Below are positions 45,964 to 56,951 of a DNA stretch of 64,000 bases, piece by piece. How positions within the stretch are numbered: position 1 is the stretch's first letter; every line of letters starts with the position of its first letter. The position numbers were made by a program, and so were the translations under genes. The stretch covers positions 352,001 to 416,000 of the forward strand of contig CAWIXE010000003.1 in NCBI GenBank assembly GCA_963840035.1, given 5' to 3'. The notes below the pieces were generated by a model. It searched no databases. It was not told the origin of the DNA and saw only the letters and a list, made by a program, of their open reading frames with translations. Source of the DNA: a candidate division FCPU426 bacterium. Lineage in GTDB: Bacteria > Oederibacteriota > PGYV01 > Palsa-1178.

Positions 45964-48366
45964 GTGGCTGGCATAAATTTATACCCTAAAAAACTGGATC
46001 TCGCGTTTTATCATAAAAATTCCGAAGTTAATTACGACCCCACCAATAAATTCTACCAGGCCGCTTTTGAAATGCAGTTTGAAAAAGAAACGCATGATTT
46101 CATAGCCGGATTTGTCTCCTGTGCCGTAAATGACGATAAATTCAAGGACTTCGGGGCCCTTCCGCAGGATAAAAATATGACAACGCTTTATTTTGACCTG
46201 CTTTCCGATTTTAATAACGCCCAGTGGCCCAGGTATAACGCCTGGTACTACGGTGACAGGGTAAAAATGTACGGCAGGCTCAGAAAGATAATCATGAACG
46301 CGATACGCCAGCAAAAGGAGCAGAAGATAGACGACCTGGAATTTTTTGTGTGGGTTTCCGCAGCCACTGCCATAGCGCTCATAACAGAGGAGTACTTCCA
46401 GAAACATTTTGATACGCTTAAGATAATGAAGGACGCCCTGCTCCTGCGCCTGGGCTCCGCGTTTGAGGCAATGTTCGCGGAACTCTTCAGGGATGAGGAA
46501 ATTGACAGGCTCAGGACGGAAAAGACAGGCGTGGACAGAAAAAAGCTGGAACCGCTGGTAAACAGGTACATCATGATGTACTCCGATACCGCGGACATGT
46601 CGCATGTGGAGCGCATACTTTTTTCCAGGGACCGCTCGTTTTTTGTGGACCGGGTCCTGGCCGGAAAACTTACCTCCATGTTTGAGGCCGTGATAGAGGC
46701 TTCAAAACGGCTGAAAAAGAATGACAACATAAAAAACATCATATCGGACATGGGGGCCGTGCGCCTTATTTTATCCGACAGGCGCGACAGGGGCAACCTG
46801 CTGAAAATGATAGCCAAAGACAGGGAGTTCAAGGAAAAACTTGTAATAAAGCATGAAAAGTCCGTGATAAGGAAGGCTATACGCGACGTGGTGGCCGATA
46901 CCGGCTCAAGCGAACTCGTGAATTTTTTAAAACATGACGATGTCATAGACGATATCTTCCATGATAAAAAAGTGCGCAATTACATGGTAAAAACGTTAAA
47001 AACTGTGGGAAGCAAGAAGGCAAAGGATACGGCAAAATATGTGGAACTCGCCGCGGACAGAACCGCAAGAAGTATAAAATCTTTTTTTGGCGGGCTGCAC
47101 CCCAAGGAAATGGAGAAGCTTCTTAACGCGGCCATTGAGAATTTTTCCGCGTGCCAGCGGGCAATGAACAATTTTTACGCGGTCAGGCAGAAATACGGCA
47201 AGAAGTCGGCATACAGCGAGGAAATGCTCGGCGTGAAAATATTAAGACAGAGCAGGCTGACTACCGAAGCAAACCCTGAGACCGGCAGGGACTGCATAAA
47301 CTGCGGGGCCGTGCCCTCAGACCAGAAGACAAGGATTGAGAACCTGTATGAAGAAGGGAATCTATTTTATATACGAGAGGACGGGCCGGTATACCCGGGA
47401 CAGGCCGGGGTTGCCAGGGGTAAGAAACTTTTCATGTTCGCCGACCTGCGAAACTCCACGGAAACCACCATGAAGCTCACCAAGGACACGGCCGGGTTTT
47501 TAACCCCGTACTTAAACGCGGTTTTTCAGACTTCGGTGAAAAACTCCGGCAATGAGATATATTTCGCGGGAGACGGTTTCGCGGCGCATTATGCCAGGGT
47601 TACCGACTGCCTGCGTTCCGCATACCTGATACACAAGGAATTCGCGCAGTTAAGGAAGGAAGCTGAGGAGAAGATAAAGGCAAAGGAAAAGTCGCTCTTT
47701 AAGGAGCTTGTAAAGATAGGCGCCGTAAATACCGAGATGAAAGCGCAGAATTTAATGTCAATAGAGCATAATTCCCAGCCGGACGACATAAGGGATTTCC
47801 TGAATCTCATGATAAAAAAACCCCAGACAAAAGTGGAAGAGGCCCTGCATATGGTGGCGGGCGAATACTCCATGCCGCGTGTGGAGATAGGGATTGGCAT
47901 CACTGAAGGAGACCTTTTCTTCGCGGTAATCGGCGAGGAAAATAACGTCAGGTTCAACATTGTTTTATCCCCGAGCTTAACACAGGCAGCCAGGCTCTCA
48001 GGCTCGGCCGCGGAGGTAAAGGAATACCTGGAGAAATTATACGGTATAAAAAATATACCCCGAAAAGCTTACACACAGAATAAAAAGCTTTTTAACCAGG
48101 GCATAGTCATAACCCAGGAAGTATTCAAGACGTTAAGGAACGAGGTGGAAGTCTCCATGATAGAGGGAAACAAGATGGATCTGTCATATAACGTTTACTA
48201 CTACTTCGACACAGTGCTAGACAGGCACGTCACCTTATCCAAACTGGAACAGCCTATTGCTTTAAAGGGGATAGAAGGCGACGTGGAGGTCTTTGAGGTC
48301 TTCACGCCCGTAACCCAGGTGGATGCGTATGTGAATAATTATATAAAGAAGGAAAAGGGCGGGTAG
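45964..48366 (+). CDS. Large cytoplasmic protein with C-terminal divergent class III nucleotidyl cyclase-like domain
   Basis: MFADLRNST, YFAGDG, IGIGITEG, QAARL, LKGI...VEVFEV. Confidence 0.65.
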   Translation: MAGINLYPKKLDLAFYHKNSEVNYDPTNKFYQAAFEMQFEKETHDFIAGFVSCAVNDDKFKDFGALPQDKNMTTLYFDLLSDFNNAQWPRYNAWYYGDRVKMYGRLRKIIMNAIRQQKEQKIDDLEFFVWVSAATAIALITEEYFQKHFDTLKIMKDALLLRLGSAFEAMFAELFRDEEIDRLRTEKTGVDRKKLEPLVNRYIMMYSDTADMSHVERILFSRDRSFFVDRVLAGKLTSMFEAVIEASKRLKKNDNIKNIISDMGAVRLILSDRRDRGNLLKMIAKDREFKEKLVIKHEKSVIRKAIRDVVADTGSSELVNFLKHDDVIDDIFHDKKVRNYMVKTLKTVGSKKAKDTAKYVELAADRTARSIKSFFGGLHPKEMEKLLNAAIENFSACQRAMNNFYAVRQKYGKKSAYSEEMLGVKILRQSRLTTEANPETGRDCINCGAVPSDQKTRIENLYEEGNLFYIREDGPVYPGQAGVARGKKLFMFADLRNSTETTMKLTKDTAGFLTPYLNAVFQTSVKNSGNEIYFAGDGFAAHYARVTDCLRSAYLIHKEFAQLRKEAEEKIKAKEKSLFKELVKIGAVNTEMKAQNLMSIEHNSQPDDIRDFLNLMIKKPQTKVEEALHMVAGEYSMPRVEIGIGITEGDLFFAVIGEENNVRFNIVLSPSLTQAARLSGSAAEVKEYLEKLYGIKNIPRKAYTQNKKLFNQGIVITQEVFKTLRNEVEVSMIEGNKMDLSYNVYYYFDTVLDRHVTLSKLEQPIALKGIEGDVEVFEVFTPVTQVDAYVNNYIKKEKGG

Positions 48367-48401
48367 TGGGTGGTGAGTAGTGGGTGGCGGGAAACATAAA
48401 T

Positions 48402-48429
48402 AAAAAAAGCGGCTTGCGCCGCTTTTTTT
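48402..48429. terminator. Bidirectional intrinsic terminator
   Basis: A7-GCGGC-TTGC-GCCGC-T7 between convergent genes. Confidence 0.85.
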
Positions 48430-48445
48430 ATTTATGTGACGGTTG

Positions 48446-49123
48446 TTATTTGCGTTTTTTGCCTGATTTTGCCTTTACTGCCTTTTTCTTAAAGTACTTT
48501 TCCTTTATGTACATAATCACCGGCGGCAGGATGGAAATAAAGATTATTGCCATGATGACCATGGTAAAGTTTTTCTTTACCATCGGGACATTGCCGAAGA
48601 AAAAACCAGCGCCTAAGAACAACGCGACCCAGGTAATACCGCCCACTATGTTATATGAAATAAAGCGCCAGTAACTCATTTCTCCGATGCCGGCCACGAA
48701 CGGGGCGAAAGTCCTTATGATAGGTATGAACCTGGCGAAAATAATGGTCATGCCGCCGTATTTTTCATAGAATTCATGGGTTTTGATGAGGTGTTCGCGT
48801 TTTATCAGCCATAACTTTTTGGCCTTATAAATGCCAACGCCGATGTATTTTCCTATGGCGTAATTCACTGTATCGCCGAGTATCGCGGCTGTCATAAGAA
48901 GGCCGGCGATATAGAATATGTTCAGGTCGCCTAATGCTGCTATGGCTCCGACCGCGAATAAAAGCGAGTCGCCGGGAAGTATCGGGGTTACAACAAGCCC
49001 TGTTTCGCAAAAAATAATAAGGAAAAGTATCAGGTAAGTCCACGTGCCGTAGTTTTGAACCAACTCGACTAAGTGCTTGTCAAGATGAAGGATAAAGTCG
49101 ATGAAAAAGTGTATTATTTCCAT
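48446..49123 (-). CDS. dedA: DedA family membrane protein
   Basis: [44 protein letters not shown] 49123 after GGAGG. Confidence 0.93.
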   Translation of the reverse strand: MEIIHFFIDFILHLDKHLVELVQNYGTWTYLILFLIIFCETGLVVTPILPGDSLLFAVGAIAALGDLNIFYIAGLLMTAAILGDTVNYAIGKYIGVGIYKAKKLWLIKREHLIKTHEFYEKYGGMTIIFARFIPIIRTFAPFVAGIGEMSYWRFISYNIVGGITWVALFLGAGFFFGNVPMVKKNFTMVIMAIIFISILPPVIMYIKEKYFKKKAVKAKSGKKRK

Positions 49124-49283
49124 GTCGCCTCCGCAAAATGTATTTGTACCGCAAGTTTGTATTATATAATAAAAAAAGGCGAAAGCAAGTATTAAAAAAG
49201 CCGGGAAATTGATATTTTTTAGTTGCTTTAACAAAGGGGATAATGTAAAATTGTTTTGCTTTGAAAATTTCCAGATTAACTGT

Positions 49284-49359
49284 GGGGCAGTAGCTCAGCT
49301 GGGAGAGCATCAGGCTGGCAGTCTGAGGGTCGTCGGTTCAATCCCGATCTGCTCCACCA
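49284..49359 (+). tRNA. tRNA-Ala(GGC)
   Basis: Cloverleaf with GGGGCAG/CTGCTCC acceptor stem carrying G3:U70, anticodon loop CT-GGC-AG, GTTCAATC T-loop, encoded CCA. Confidence 0.96.
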
Positions 49360-49450
49360 GGACTCATAGAAAGATGGTTTACAGGGACGCCTGAGAGCGT
49401 CCCGAACTCTTAATTTAAATCCTGCATGTAAACAAACCGGAGGAAAAACC

Positions 49451-50305
49451 TTGCATTTTCAGGACCTTATATTCACCCTTCAGGACTATTGGAAAAAGAA
49501 AGGCTGTATTATAGCTCAGCCATATGACATGGAAAAGGGGGCGGCTACTTTCTCACATTCCACCTTCTTCCGCTCGCTCGGGAAGAAACCATGGAACGCC
49601 GCGTACATAGAGCCGTGCAGGAGGCCCAAGGACGGCCGCTACGGGGAAAACCCCAACAGGTTCCAGCATTATTACCAGTACCAGGTGATAATGAAACCCG
49701 CCCCGTCCGACATACAGCGGCTATACCTCGAAAGCCTTGAGGCTATAGGCATAAAGATAAAGGAACACGACATAAAGTTCAACGAGGATGACTGGGAATC
49801 GCCGACGCTGGGCGCGTCAGGGCTGGGATGGCAGGTATGGCTCGACGGCATGGAAATAACGCAGTTTACATTTTTTCAGCAGATGGCGGGTATTACCTTA
49901 AACCCGATATCAGTGGAGCTTACATACGGCCTGGAAAGGCTCGCCATGTACATACAGGGAAAGAACAGCGCTTTTGACGTGACATGGAATGACAAAGTCA
50001 CCTACGGCGATGTCTTCCTGGAAAACGAGCGCGAATTTTCCGCGTATAACTTCGAACACGCGGACACGGCCATGCTTTTAACGACCCTGAATAATTTTTA
50101 TAAGGAAGGCGAGAGGATTGCGGGTTTAAACCTGCCGATTCCGGCGTATGATTATGTCCTTAAAATTTCCCACATGTTTAACCTCCTTGACGCGAGAAAG
50201 GCCATATCCATCGCTGACAGGCCATCGTTCATAAAAAAAATACGCGACCTGGCAAAGCTGTGCGCTGACGGATATATGAAAGTGACGGGTGAGACAAATG
50301 AGTAA
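49451..50305 (+). CDS. glyQ: Glycine--tRNA ligase alpha subunit
   Basis: [40 protein letters not shown]. Confidence 0.97.
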   Translation: MHFQDLIFTLQDYWKKKGCIIAQPYDMEKGAATFSHSTFFRSLGKKPWNAAYIEPCRRPKDGRYGENPNRFQHYYQYQVIMKPAPSDIQRLYLESLEAIGIKIKEHDIKFNEDDWESPTLGASGLGWQVWLDGMEITQFTFFQQMAGITLNPISVELTYGLERLAMYIQGKNSAFDVTWNDKVTYGDVFLENEREFSAYNFEHADTAMLLTTLNNFYKEGERIAGLNLPIPAYDYVLKISHMFNLLDARKAISIADRPSFIKKIRDLAKLCADGYMKVTGETNE

Positions 50306-52376
50306 ACTGATACTTGAGATAGGCGTTGAGGAAATACCCGCGGATTACCTGGAACCGGCCTCAAACCAGCTGAAGGACGACATTAAAAAAATGCTTGAGG
50401 CGAAACTTATCGAGCATAAGGAAGTAAAGATATTTTATACGGTGCGCAGGTTCGTAGCCGTAGTCGAGGGCATAGCCGCGAAGCAGAAAGACCTTTCATT
50501 TGAGAAAAAAGGGCCGAGGCATGATATTGCTTTTAAGGATAACGCCCTAACCGAAATAGGCAGGAAATTCCTTGAAGGCTGCGGAAAGACCGAAAAAGAC
50601 CTGAAAATAAAGGAAGAAAAGGGACAAAAGTTCCTGTTTGTTGACATATTTGAAAAGGGACAGCCCGCAAAAAAAGTGTTATCTGAGAATCTTCCCGGGA
50701 TAATCAAAGGTTTAAGGTTCCCTAAGTCCATGGTGTGGGATGACAGCGGCGTTACTTTTGCAAGGCCTATCCGGTGGATACTTTGCCTGCTGGATAAGGA
50801 TACAGTCCACATGCACTACGGCAGGGTGAGCTCCGGCACAAAGACCAGGCTGCACAAATTCCTCCACAACAACAAAGAAATTGTCATAAAGGACGCGGAC
50901 GATTATTTCAGGCAGATGAAAAAGCACGGCATACTCTTAAGCCAGGACGAGCGCAAAGCCGAGATTTTAAAGCAGTCAAACGCGCACCTGCACAGGAAAA
51001 AACTTCAGATTATGGAAGATGAGACGCTTTTAGAGAGGCTCGCAAGCTCGGTCGAGGCGGTTACTTCCATGACGGGCTATTTTGACGAGAAGTTTCTCTT
51101 CCTCCCCGAGGAAGTCATCATCACGGCCATGAGGGAGCACCAGAGGTATTTTGCCACGCTTAAGGAGTGCGGCGGTTTTACCAACTGTTTTGTAAACATC
51201 AGGGATGGCGGGGATTTAAACAACCACTTCATCTCAAACCAGCACGCCAAGGTGCTTTTTTCCAGGTTAAAGGACGCGGAATTTTTTTATAACGAGGACC
51301 TGAAAATTCCCCTTGAAAAGAACAATGACAAATTAAAGGACGCCATATTTATAACGGGCCTGGGCACCATGTATGAAAAAATGGAGAGGTTAAAAGCCAT
51401 GGCCTCCCGCGCTAAGGAGATCTTCGGACATGAGGATACCGCGGCCATACAGGAAGCGGCGTTCCTTTCAAAGGCTGACCTGATGACAAATATGGTCGGC
51501 GAAAAGGAATACGTCGGCCTGCGCGGGTTCATGGGCGGCGTTTACCTGGAAAAACAGGGTAAGCCTGAGAAGCTTTGGAAGGCAGTGGCGGAGCATTATT
51601 ACCCTAACATGGTGGGCGACAGGCTGCCTTCGACCAAGGAAGGGCTCCTTTTGAGCATGATTGACAAGATGGACAATATTACGGGATTTTACATCGCCGG
51701 TTTTAAGCCCACCGGGAGCAAAGACCCCTACGCGGTGCGCAGGCAGGCCCTGAACATCATTTACATGATACTTGAAAAAGAACTCGACATGGACCTGGCG
51801 TTCTTTATTTATGAAAACGCGCTCGCTTATAAAAAACAGCTCGGCAAGGATACTGACACAGCCGAGATCATAGAGTTCTTCAGGCAGAGGGAAATAAATT
51901 ACCTTAAGGACAAGGGCGTGGATTACGACATCATAAGCGCCTGCGCCTTCGGGAAAGTATTGAACGTGCTTGATGACTATAAAAAAGCCATGGTTTTTAT
52001 GGGGAAGCGCAAGGAAGAAAAGTCCTTTAACGACATAGCTTTCGCCGTATCCAGGGTGGCCAATATCATACCGCCAAAACACGCGGTTGCAAAGCCTGAC
52101 GCGGCAGCCTTTGAGCTTGCCGAGGAAAAGGCGCTTTATGAAAAGTTCTCGGCTGAAAAAACAGCTGTAGAAAACATGTGCAGGGATAAAAAACACGCGG
52201 AGGCGTTCGGGGCGGTTGCGGCTTTCAAGCCGCTCATAGACGCGTACTTTGAAAAAGTCACTGTCATGTCAAAGGATGAAAAAATTAAAAACAACAGGCT
52301 TAACACTCTCGCGGAGATAAGGGACGTGTTTTATAAGCTGGCGGATTTTTCAAAGCTGGTAATAGACAGGAAATAA
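50298..52376 (+). CDS. glyS: Glycine--tRNA ligase beta subunit
   Basis: [40 protein letters not shown]. Confidence 0.96.
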   Translation: MSKLILEIGVEEIPADYLEPASNQLKDDIKKMLEAKLIEHKEVKIFYTVRRFVAVVEGIAAKQKDLSFEKKGPRHDIAFKDNALTEIGRKFLEGCGKTEKDLKIKEEKGQKFLFVDIFEKGQPAKKVLSENLPGIIKGLRFPKSMVWDDSGVTFARPIRWILCLLDKDTVHMHYGRVSSGTKTRLHKFLHNNKEIVIKDADDYFRQMKKHGILLSQDERKAEILKQSNAHLHRKKLQIMEDETLLERLASSVEAVTSMTGYFDEKFLFLPEEVIITAMREHQRYFATLKECGGFTNCFVNIRDGGDLNNHFISNQHAKVLFSRLKDAEFFYNEDLKIPLEKNNDKLKDAIFITGLGTMYEKMERLKAMASRAKEIFGHEDTAAIQEAAFLSKADLMTNMVGEKEYVGLRGFMGGVYLEKQGKPEKLWKAVAEHYYPNMVGDRLPSTKEGLLLSMIDKMDNITGFYIAGFKPTGSKDPYAVRRQALNIIYMILEKELDMDLAFFIYENALAYKKQLGKDTDTAEIIEFFRQREINYLKDKGVDYDIISACAFGKVLNVLDDYKKAMVFMGKRKEEKSFNDIAFAVSRVANIIPPKHAVAKPDAAAFELAEEKALYEKFSAEKTAVENMCRDKKHAEAFGAVAAFKPLIDAYFEKVTVMSKDEKIKNNRLNTLAEIRDVFYKLADFSKLVIDRK

Positions 52377-52398
52377 GAGGGTGGCAATGAAGATTTAA

Positions 52399-52463
52399 GA
52401 GACAAAAGATTGGAGACAAGAGTAAGGCTTAAGGAAAATCTCCTGTCTCCAGTCTCTTGTCTC
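52399..52463. repeat. Heptamer inverted-repeat element (GAGACAA family)
   Basis: GAGACAA AAGATTG GAGACAA GAGTAAGG ... CTC CTGTCTC CAGTCTC TTGTCTC. Confidence 0.75.
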
Positions 52464-52516
52464 GTGAACTCTAACGAACTTCACAATTAAATAAAATGAT
52501 TTAATGGAGGCTGCTC

Positions 52517-52846
52517 ATGGGAACAAACACAATCGACGTTACAGACGCAACTTTTGAAGCTGAAGTGATAAAATCAGAAATCCCGGTTCTTGTGGATTTT
52601 TGGGCAAACTGGTGCGGGCCGTGCAAGATGCTCGTGCCCATGCTCGAGAGGCTCGCCATAGCATACGCGGGTAAGTTCAAGATAACAAAGATGGATGTGG
52701 ACGCGAACTCCAACACCACGGGAAATTTGGGCGTGCGCTCGCTGCCGACGCTGCTTATTTTTAAAGGCGGCAAGCAGGTGGAGCAGATAGTGGGAGTGAC
52801 GTCGGAGGCGCAGTTAAAAAAGGTAATAGATAAGGTGATTGCGTAA
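52517..52846 (+). CDS. trxA: Thioredoxin
   Basis: VDFWANWCGPCKM. Confidence 0.95.
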   Translation: MGTNTIDVTDATFEAEVIKSEIPVLVDFWANWCGPCKMLVPMLERLAIAYAGKFKITKMDVDANSNTTGNLGVRSLPTLLIFKGGKQVEQIVGVTSEAQLKKVIDKVIA

Positions 52847-52850
52847 AAAT

Positions 52851-53105
52851 AATTCTGGATTCAAGATTCTGGATTTTGAATTGTATTTGTGAGAATTATA
52901 AAACATACCGTATATACAGGTTTTTTTGACGTCTGCATGCAAAATCCAAAATTTAGAATCCGGAATTGAGAATCAGCCCCCTATTAAAAGTTGACAAAAA
53001 ACTTCACGCCAGTTATAATGGTTAATAAGGACAATTCTAGATTCTGGATTCTAAATTCTAGATTGGTTGTATTAAGTACTTAATTTAGAATCCAGAATCT
53101 AGATT
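52851..53105. repeat. Two heptamer inverted-repeat elements (ATTCTGG family) bracketing a promoter
   Basis: Arms at 52851-52882/52943-52974 and 53033-53064/53082-53105. Confidence 0.75.
52991..53019 (+). promoter_or_regulatory. Sigma70-type promoter
   Basis: TTGACA-17 nt-TATAAT. Confidence 0.8.
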
Positions 53106-53120
53106 AAAACCGAGGTATAT

Positions 53121-55022
53121 TTGATGGCGAAGTTTTTACGTAAACTCAGCCTGGCTTTCATCATGTGCGTTATATTCTTTTCTGCGGCGCAGAACTTAAA
53201 CGCGGCTTGCAATCCTGTTATGGTAACATTGTGCGCGGCTGTGGATGACACCGCGATCATCTGGGTTAACTCCATGCAGGTAGGCTCCTTTACTTACGTA
53301 AACTGGAACCAGGCCGGTTATCCTAAATGTATTACATTTGCTGTTGACGATCCTAATTCAGCCCCGCCTGCGGATCCATGGGATGTCCCCATGTATGACG
53401 CGCCCTATGGCGCGAACATAGTCGCTATACAGGTGCAGAACACCAACTGCTGTGAGGTTTGGGGATCATGGTCCATGGACATACTCTGCGACACAGGCGC
53501 GCACGCTTACATGTCGTCTGACGACGGGGAAAACAGGATGTATAATAATTACGCCACGCCGGGACCGGCAAATACTCCGCCATACTGCCCTGAATTCTGC
53601 CTGACGCCGCCGCCAAATGACGGCGCTCTGACATGGTGGCATCATGACTATACACTGGCTAATCCATGGCCGACGCCCATTAAAGATACCGGGACCATAT
53701 GGGGAAAGCAGATATATCACCCGGGGACAGGGGCTCTGCTCAGGCCGCTTTCATACGATAGCAGCGGCACAGGGGAGCATCCTCCGGCGTACCTATACAT
53801 GAGGCAGGCGTATTACCTGACGCCGGCGCCGACACCATTGCCGCCGTTTTTTACCATTACAAAATCAGTCGTGGGCGATCCGCTTACTGTAAATACATCG
53901 AGCCAGGATATTACCTACATATTGCAGGTATGCAATACAGGGCAGCAGCCGGAATTGGGTAAATTGGTCGTAACAGACAGGCTTGATCCGGCTCTTGGTT
54001 TCGCAGGGTTGGTGGATGGAACGGGCAGCTGCGGCGAGGACTGGAAATTTGGGCCGAATTCTTGTGATAATAATCCAGCCCCGGGGTATATCAGGATTGA
54101 ATATCCAAGGGGTTTCCCAGGAGGCACTTGTTTAAATGTCACAATACGGGCACGCGACTGGTGGATCGGTCCGGACGATTTCTGCAAGGTAAGGTATAAT
54201 TACGCCGGCGTGCACTGGCCTTCAGGGGACTTTACGCCGAATATAACGCCGGATGCGGCTTCAAACACCGTGAACGTCACCATGTACTGCCCGGGGACGC
54301 CGACATTTACCCTGACTGTTTCGGAAACATGGACGCAGTCATATACGCGCACCATTACCATGACAAAAACGGCTACGCCGACAGTTACAATGACATCAAC
54401 CAGGACCAGGATACCTACATGGACTAACAGCCCGACAGAAGTTCCTACAGGCAGCACAATTACGGTTACTTTGACCAGGACTCTTTCAGCGACCCTTACA
54501 CCGACTATGTCATGGACCCCATCCGCAACGCCGACAGTTACCGTTACATACGTAAATATCATAGCGCTTGCCAAGTCCGAAGACTGCTGGGATATAAATT
54601 GTGAAGTGCCTCTGGGGGATACGGTTATATACTGCATAACATTTACGAACCTGCTTGACCAGCAGGCGTCTTTTACAATATGGGATACCATACCTGACGC
54701 CATGAATTTTGTTTCAGCGTCGGACGGAGGCCAGTTAATAACCTGGAACGCGGCCATAGTGCCGCCGAGGACCGCGCCGCTGAGGGGAATAGTATGGTCA
54801 TTGAAGGATGTGCCTCCCGTGTCGCAGGCGCCATATAACTGGGGCACAGTATGTTTTACTGTATGGGTGGCAAGGATAAGTTATGCGGGGCTTGATGAAA
54901 ACAGCTATAAATACGCCTATTATGATGATAAAAAGGAAAAAGTCACGGCGCAAAAATATTTTTCGCCGGCAAGGGATGAGGGATTGATCCGAGGCCCCGG
55001 AGGCGGAAGGGCAACCCCATAA
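53121..55022 (+). CDS. Secreted Cys-rich protein: N-terminal beta domain, one complete DUF11, Thr linker, C-terminal truncated DUF11
   Basis: Signal peptide; TITKS...VTDRL...YNYAG...ASNTVNV (complete); ALAKS...GDTVIYCITFTN...WDTIP...VCFTVWV (no final strands); start TTG 53121 or ATG 53124. Confidence 0.8.
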   Translation: MMAKFLRKLSLAFIMCVIFFSAAQNLNAACNPVMVTLCAAVDDTAIIWVNSMQVGSFTYVNWNQAGYPKCITFAVDDPNSAPPADPWDVPMYDAPYGANIVAIQVQNTNCCEVWGSWSMDILCDTGAHAYMSSDDGENRMYNNYATPGPANTPPYCPEFCLTPPPNDGALTWWHHDYTLANPWPTPIKDTGTIWGKQIYHPGTGALLRPLSYDSSGTGEHPPAYLYMRQAYYLTPAPTPLPPFFTITKSVVGDPLTVNTSSQDITYILQVCNTGQQPELGKLVVTDRLDPALGFAGLVDGTGSCGEDWKFGPNSCDNNPAPGYIRIEYPRGFPGGTCLNVTIRARDWWIGPDDFCKVRYNYAGVHWPSGDFTPNITPDAASNTVNVTMYCPGTPTFTLTVSETWTQSYTRTITMTKTATPTVTMTSTRTRIPTWTNSPTEVPTGSTITVTLTRTLSATLTPTMSWTPSATPTVTVTYVNIIALAKSEDCWDINCEVPLGDTVIYCITFTNLLDQQASFTIWDTIPDAMNFVSASDGGQLITWNAAIVPPRTAPLRGIVWSLKDVPPVSQAPYNWGTVCFTVWVARISYAGLDENSYKYAYYDDKKEKVTAQKYFSPARDEGLIRGPGGGRATP

Positions 55023-55025
55023 AAT

Positions 55026-55056
55026 AAAAAGGCGCGGCATAAAGCCGCGCCTTTTT
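55026..55056 (+). terminator. Intrinsic terminator
   Basis: A5-GGCGCGGC-ATAAA-GCCGCGCC-T5. Confidence 0.85.
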
Positions 55057-55399
55057 GTTTTATGGGGTTTGAAATAATTATTGCAGTATCCGACAGGATG
55101 CAGTCCTGGTACCATAAAAGCCGTAGTATAGTTTTCTTGCAGAGGCCGGATCATATCCGGCCAACAACCATTTTTATAATTGAAAATTGAAAATACTGAA
55201 TTGAAAATTTGTCTTTTAGTCCAATTCAGAACATACCTCTCCCAATAGCCGCCTTATAGTATAGAAAAACCAAAAATAAATCAATTTTCACTTGAATCAG
55301 TTCAAATTATTTTTCTAATATTCCATAAAAAGCAATAAAACGCTATAAAAATAAGGATAAAATACCGTATAAAATACTCGAAATAAGCCTGTTTCCGAA

Positions 55400-55428
55400 T
55401 TGACAAAATAGCTATCTGTTTGTATAAT
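55400..55428 (+). promoter_or_regulatory. Sigma70-type promoter for the 55590-64000 operon
   Basis: TTGACA-17 nt-TATAAT. Confidence 0.75.
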
Positions 55429-55589
55429 TAGTACTGGGAAATAGCTTAATTATATAGAGTTTTTTAGAATGAGGCAGAGGTCTCTAAATTATTATATCTC
55501 TGTCCTCGGAGTAGTGTAAGCATTTTTGATTTTATGTATTTTGTCAGTATCGAAGATAAGTAAAAAATTAAGTGAGGAGATGAGTTGAA

Positions 55590-56921
55590 ATGGAAAAGTT
55601 TTCCGCGAAATATAGTGTAATTCTGACAACAGTTTTAATAATATTTTTCGCGTCCGCGAATGTTTTTGCGGCAACTCTTTCCGTCTGCCAACCGTCGGGT
55701 TGCACATATAGCACAATAGCGGCAGCTTTAAACGCGGCTGCCGCGAGCGGAGATACGATCGTTATTTCCAGTAATATTTCTGAGGACTGCGCGATACCGA
55801 ACAATTTAAACAAAACTGTGGCGATTACATCCGATGGGACCAGAAGGACCTGGACAAACGCAGGCGGTTCGAATGTATCAATATCAAATATTGGCACATC
55901 GTGCAACCTGTCATTTTCAAACCTCGACATAGTAAATACCACTGGAAGCACAATGATGAACTTTACGAATTTCCAGCCCGGAACCACATTTAGTTTTATT
56001 AACTGTACCCTGAAGAATACAACACAGAGCGGAAGGCTTGTCGACCTGCAAAATGGAGGGTTCCTGAATTTTTACGAGTGCGAGCTTGTCGGAAACAACC
56101 TGACTTCGGAGGGGATACTGCTTGAATCCGGCGTGGGTTCGGGCAAAGGGCTGTATATGCAAAATTCCATAATAAGGGGCATATCAAACGGCAAAGCCCT
56201 GAATGACCAGTATGCCAGCGGCGCCAACGCGACACTCAGGAACTGCACCTTTGAGGGAAACAGCATCGCGATAGAAACCCAGGGCGCGCTTACGGTCCGA
56301 AACACACTTTTTATAAACAACACAAATGACTTAAATCTCACGAATATTAACGCCTGGGCTACCGCGGCGATGAACAGCGCGTACCAGTACTGCAGTTTCC
56401 ACGAACAGACCACAACGATATCGGACGGAGGAGCGCACGCCTGGACCGGTTATACGGGGAATATATTCGGCACTCCGAACACGATAGTACAGGATTATGT
56501 GAACCACAACCTGCACCTTGACTGCGGCGACACCGTCTATGCTGTGGATAAAGGCGCTAACATGTCCGCGTACTATACGGTGGACAAAGACTACATGCAG
56601 AGGCCGCAGGGAACCGCGTATGATATCGGAGCGTATGAGTGCCCGTCGCTTCAGATATCGAAGTCGGCAAATGTGTCCGCCGCGTACCTCGGTGATACGG
56701 TGACATACTGCATAACTTACACGAACAATTCCACGGATGACAAGGATACGGATATCTGGGACACGGTCCCGGGGAACATGGTGTTTTCTGGATGCGATAA
56801 TTCCTGCGACACGCAGGCGTACGGCATTTATAACGTGGTGCACTGGTACATAGCGCTCCCGCCGGGAGCGTATGGCACAGTGTGTTTTTACGCGAGGATA
56901 ACGGATTACGTAAGGCCTTAA
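55590..56921 (+). CDS. Secreted parallel beta-helix protein with choice-of-anchor-Q-like motif and C-terminal truncated DUF11
   Basis: YSTIAAALNAA..GDTIVI; AVDKG...RPQGTAYDIGAYE; QISKS...GDTVTYCITYTN...WDTVP...VCFYARITDYVRP*. Confidence 0.85.
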   Translation: MEKFSAKYSVILTTVLIIFFASANVFAATLSVCQPSGCTYSTIAAALNAAAASGDTIVISSNISEDCAIPNNLNKTVAITSDGTRRTWTNAGGSNVSISNIGTSCNLSFSNLDIVNTTGSTMMNFTNFQPGTTFSFINCTLKNTTQSGRLVDLQNGGFLNFYECELVGNNLTSEGILLESGVGSGKGLYMQNSIIRGISNGKALNDQYASGANATLRNCTFEGNSIAIETQGALTVRNTLFINNTNDLNLTNINAWATAAMNSAYQYCSFHEQTTTISDGGAHAWTGYTGNIFGTPNTIVQDYVNHNLHLDCGDTVYAVDKGANMSAYYTVDKDYMQRPQGTAYDIGAYECPSLQISKSANVSAAYLGDTVTYCITYTNNSTDDKDTDIWDTVPGNMVFSGCDNSCDTQAYGIYNVVHWYIALPPGAYGTVCFYARITDYVRP

Positions 56922-56951
56922 GGGCTAAATTTTTTTAAAAGGAGAACGCAT

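Noticed and set aside
49380..49430. TPP, glycine or T-box riboswitch before glyQ
   Set aside because: A CTGAGA is present but the TPP GAACCTGAT...GTAGGGA core, glycine aptamer motifs and T-box GGTGGNACC are absent
49284..49450. Prophage or island integrated at tRNA-Ala
   Set aside because: No integrase nearby, no duplicated tRNA 3' end noticed, and the flanks are housekeeping genes
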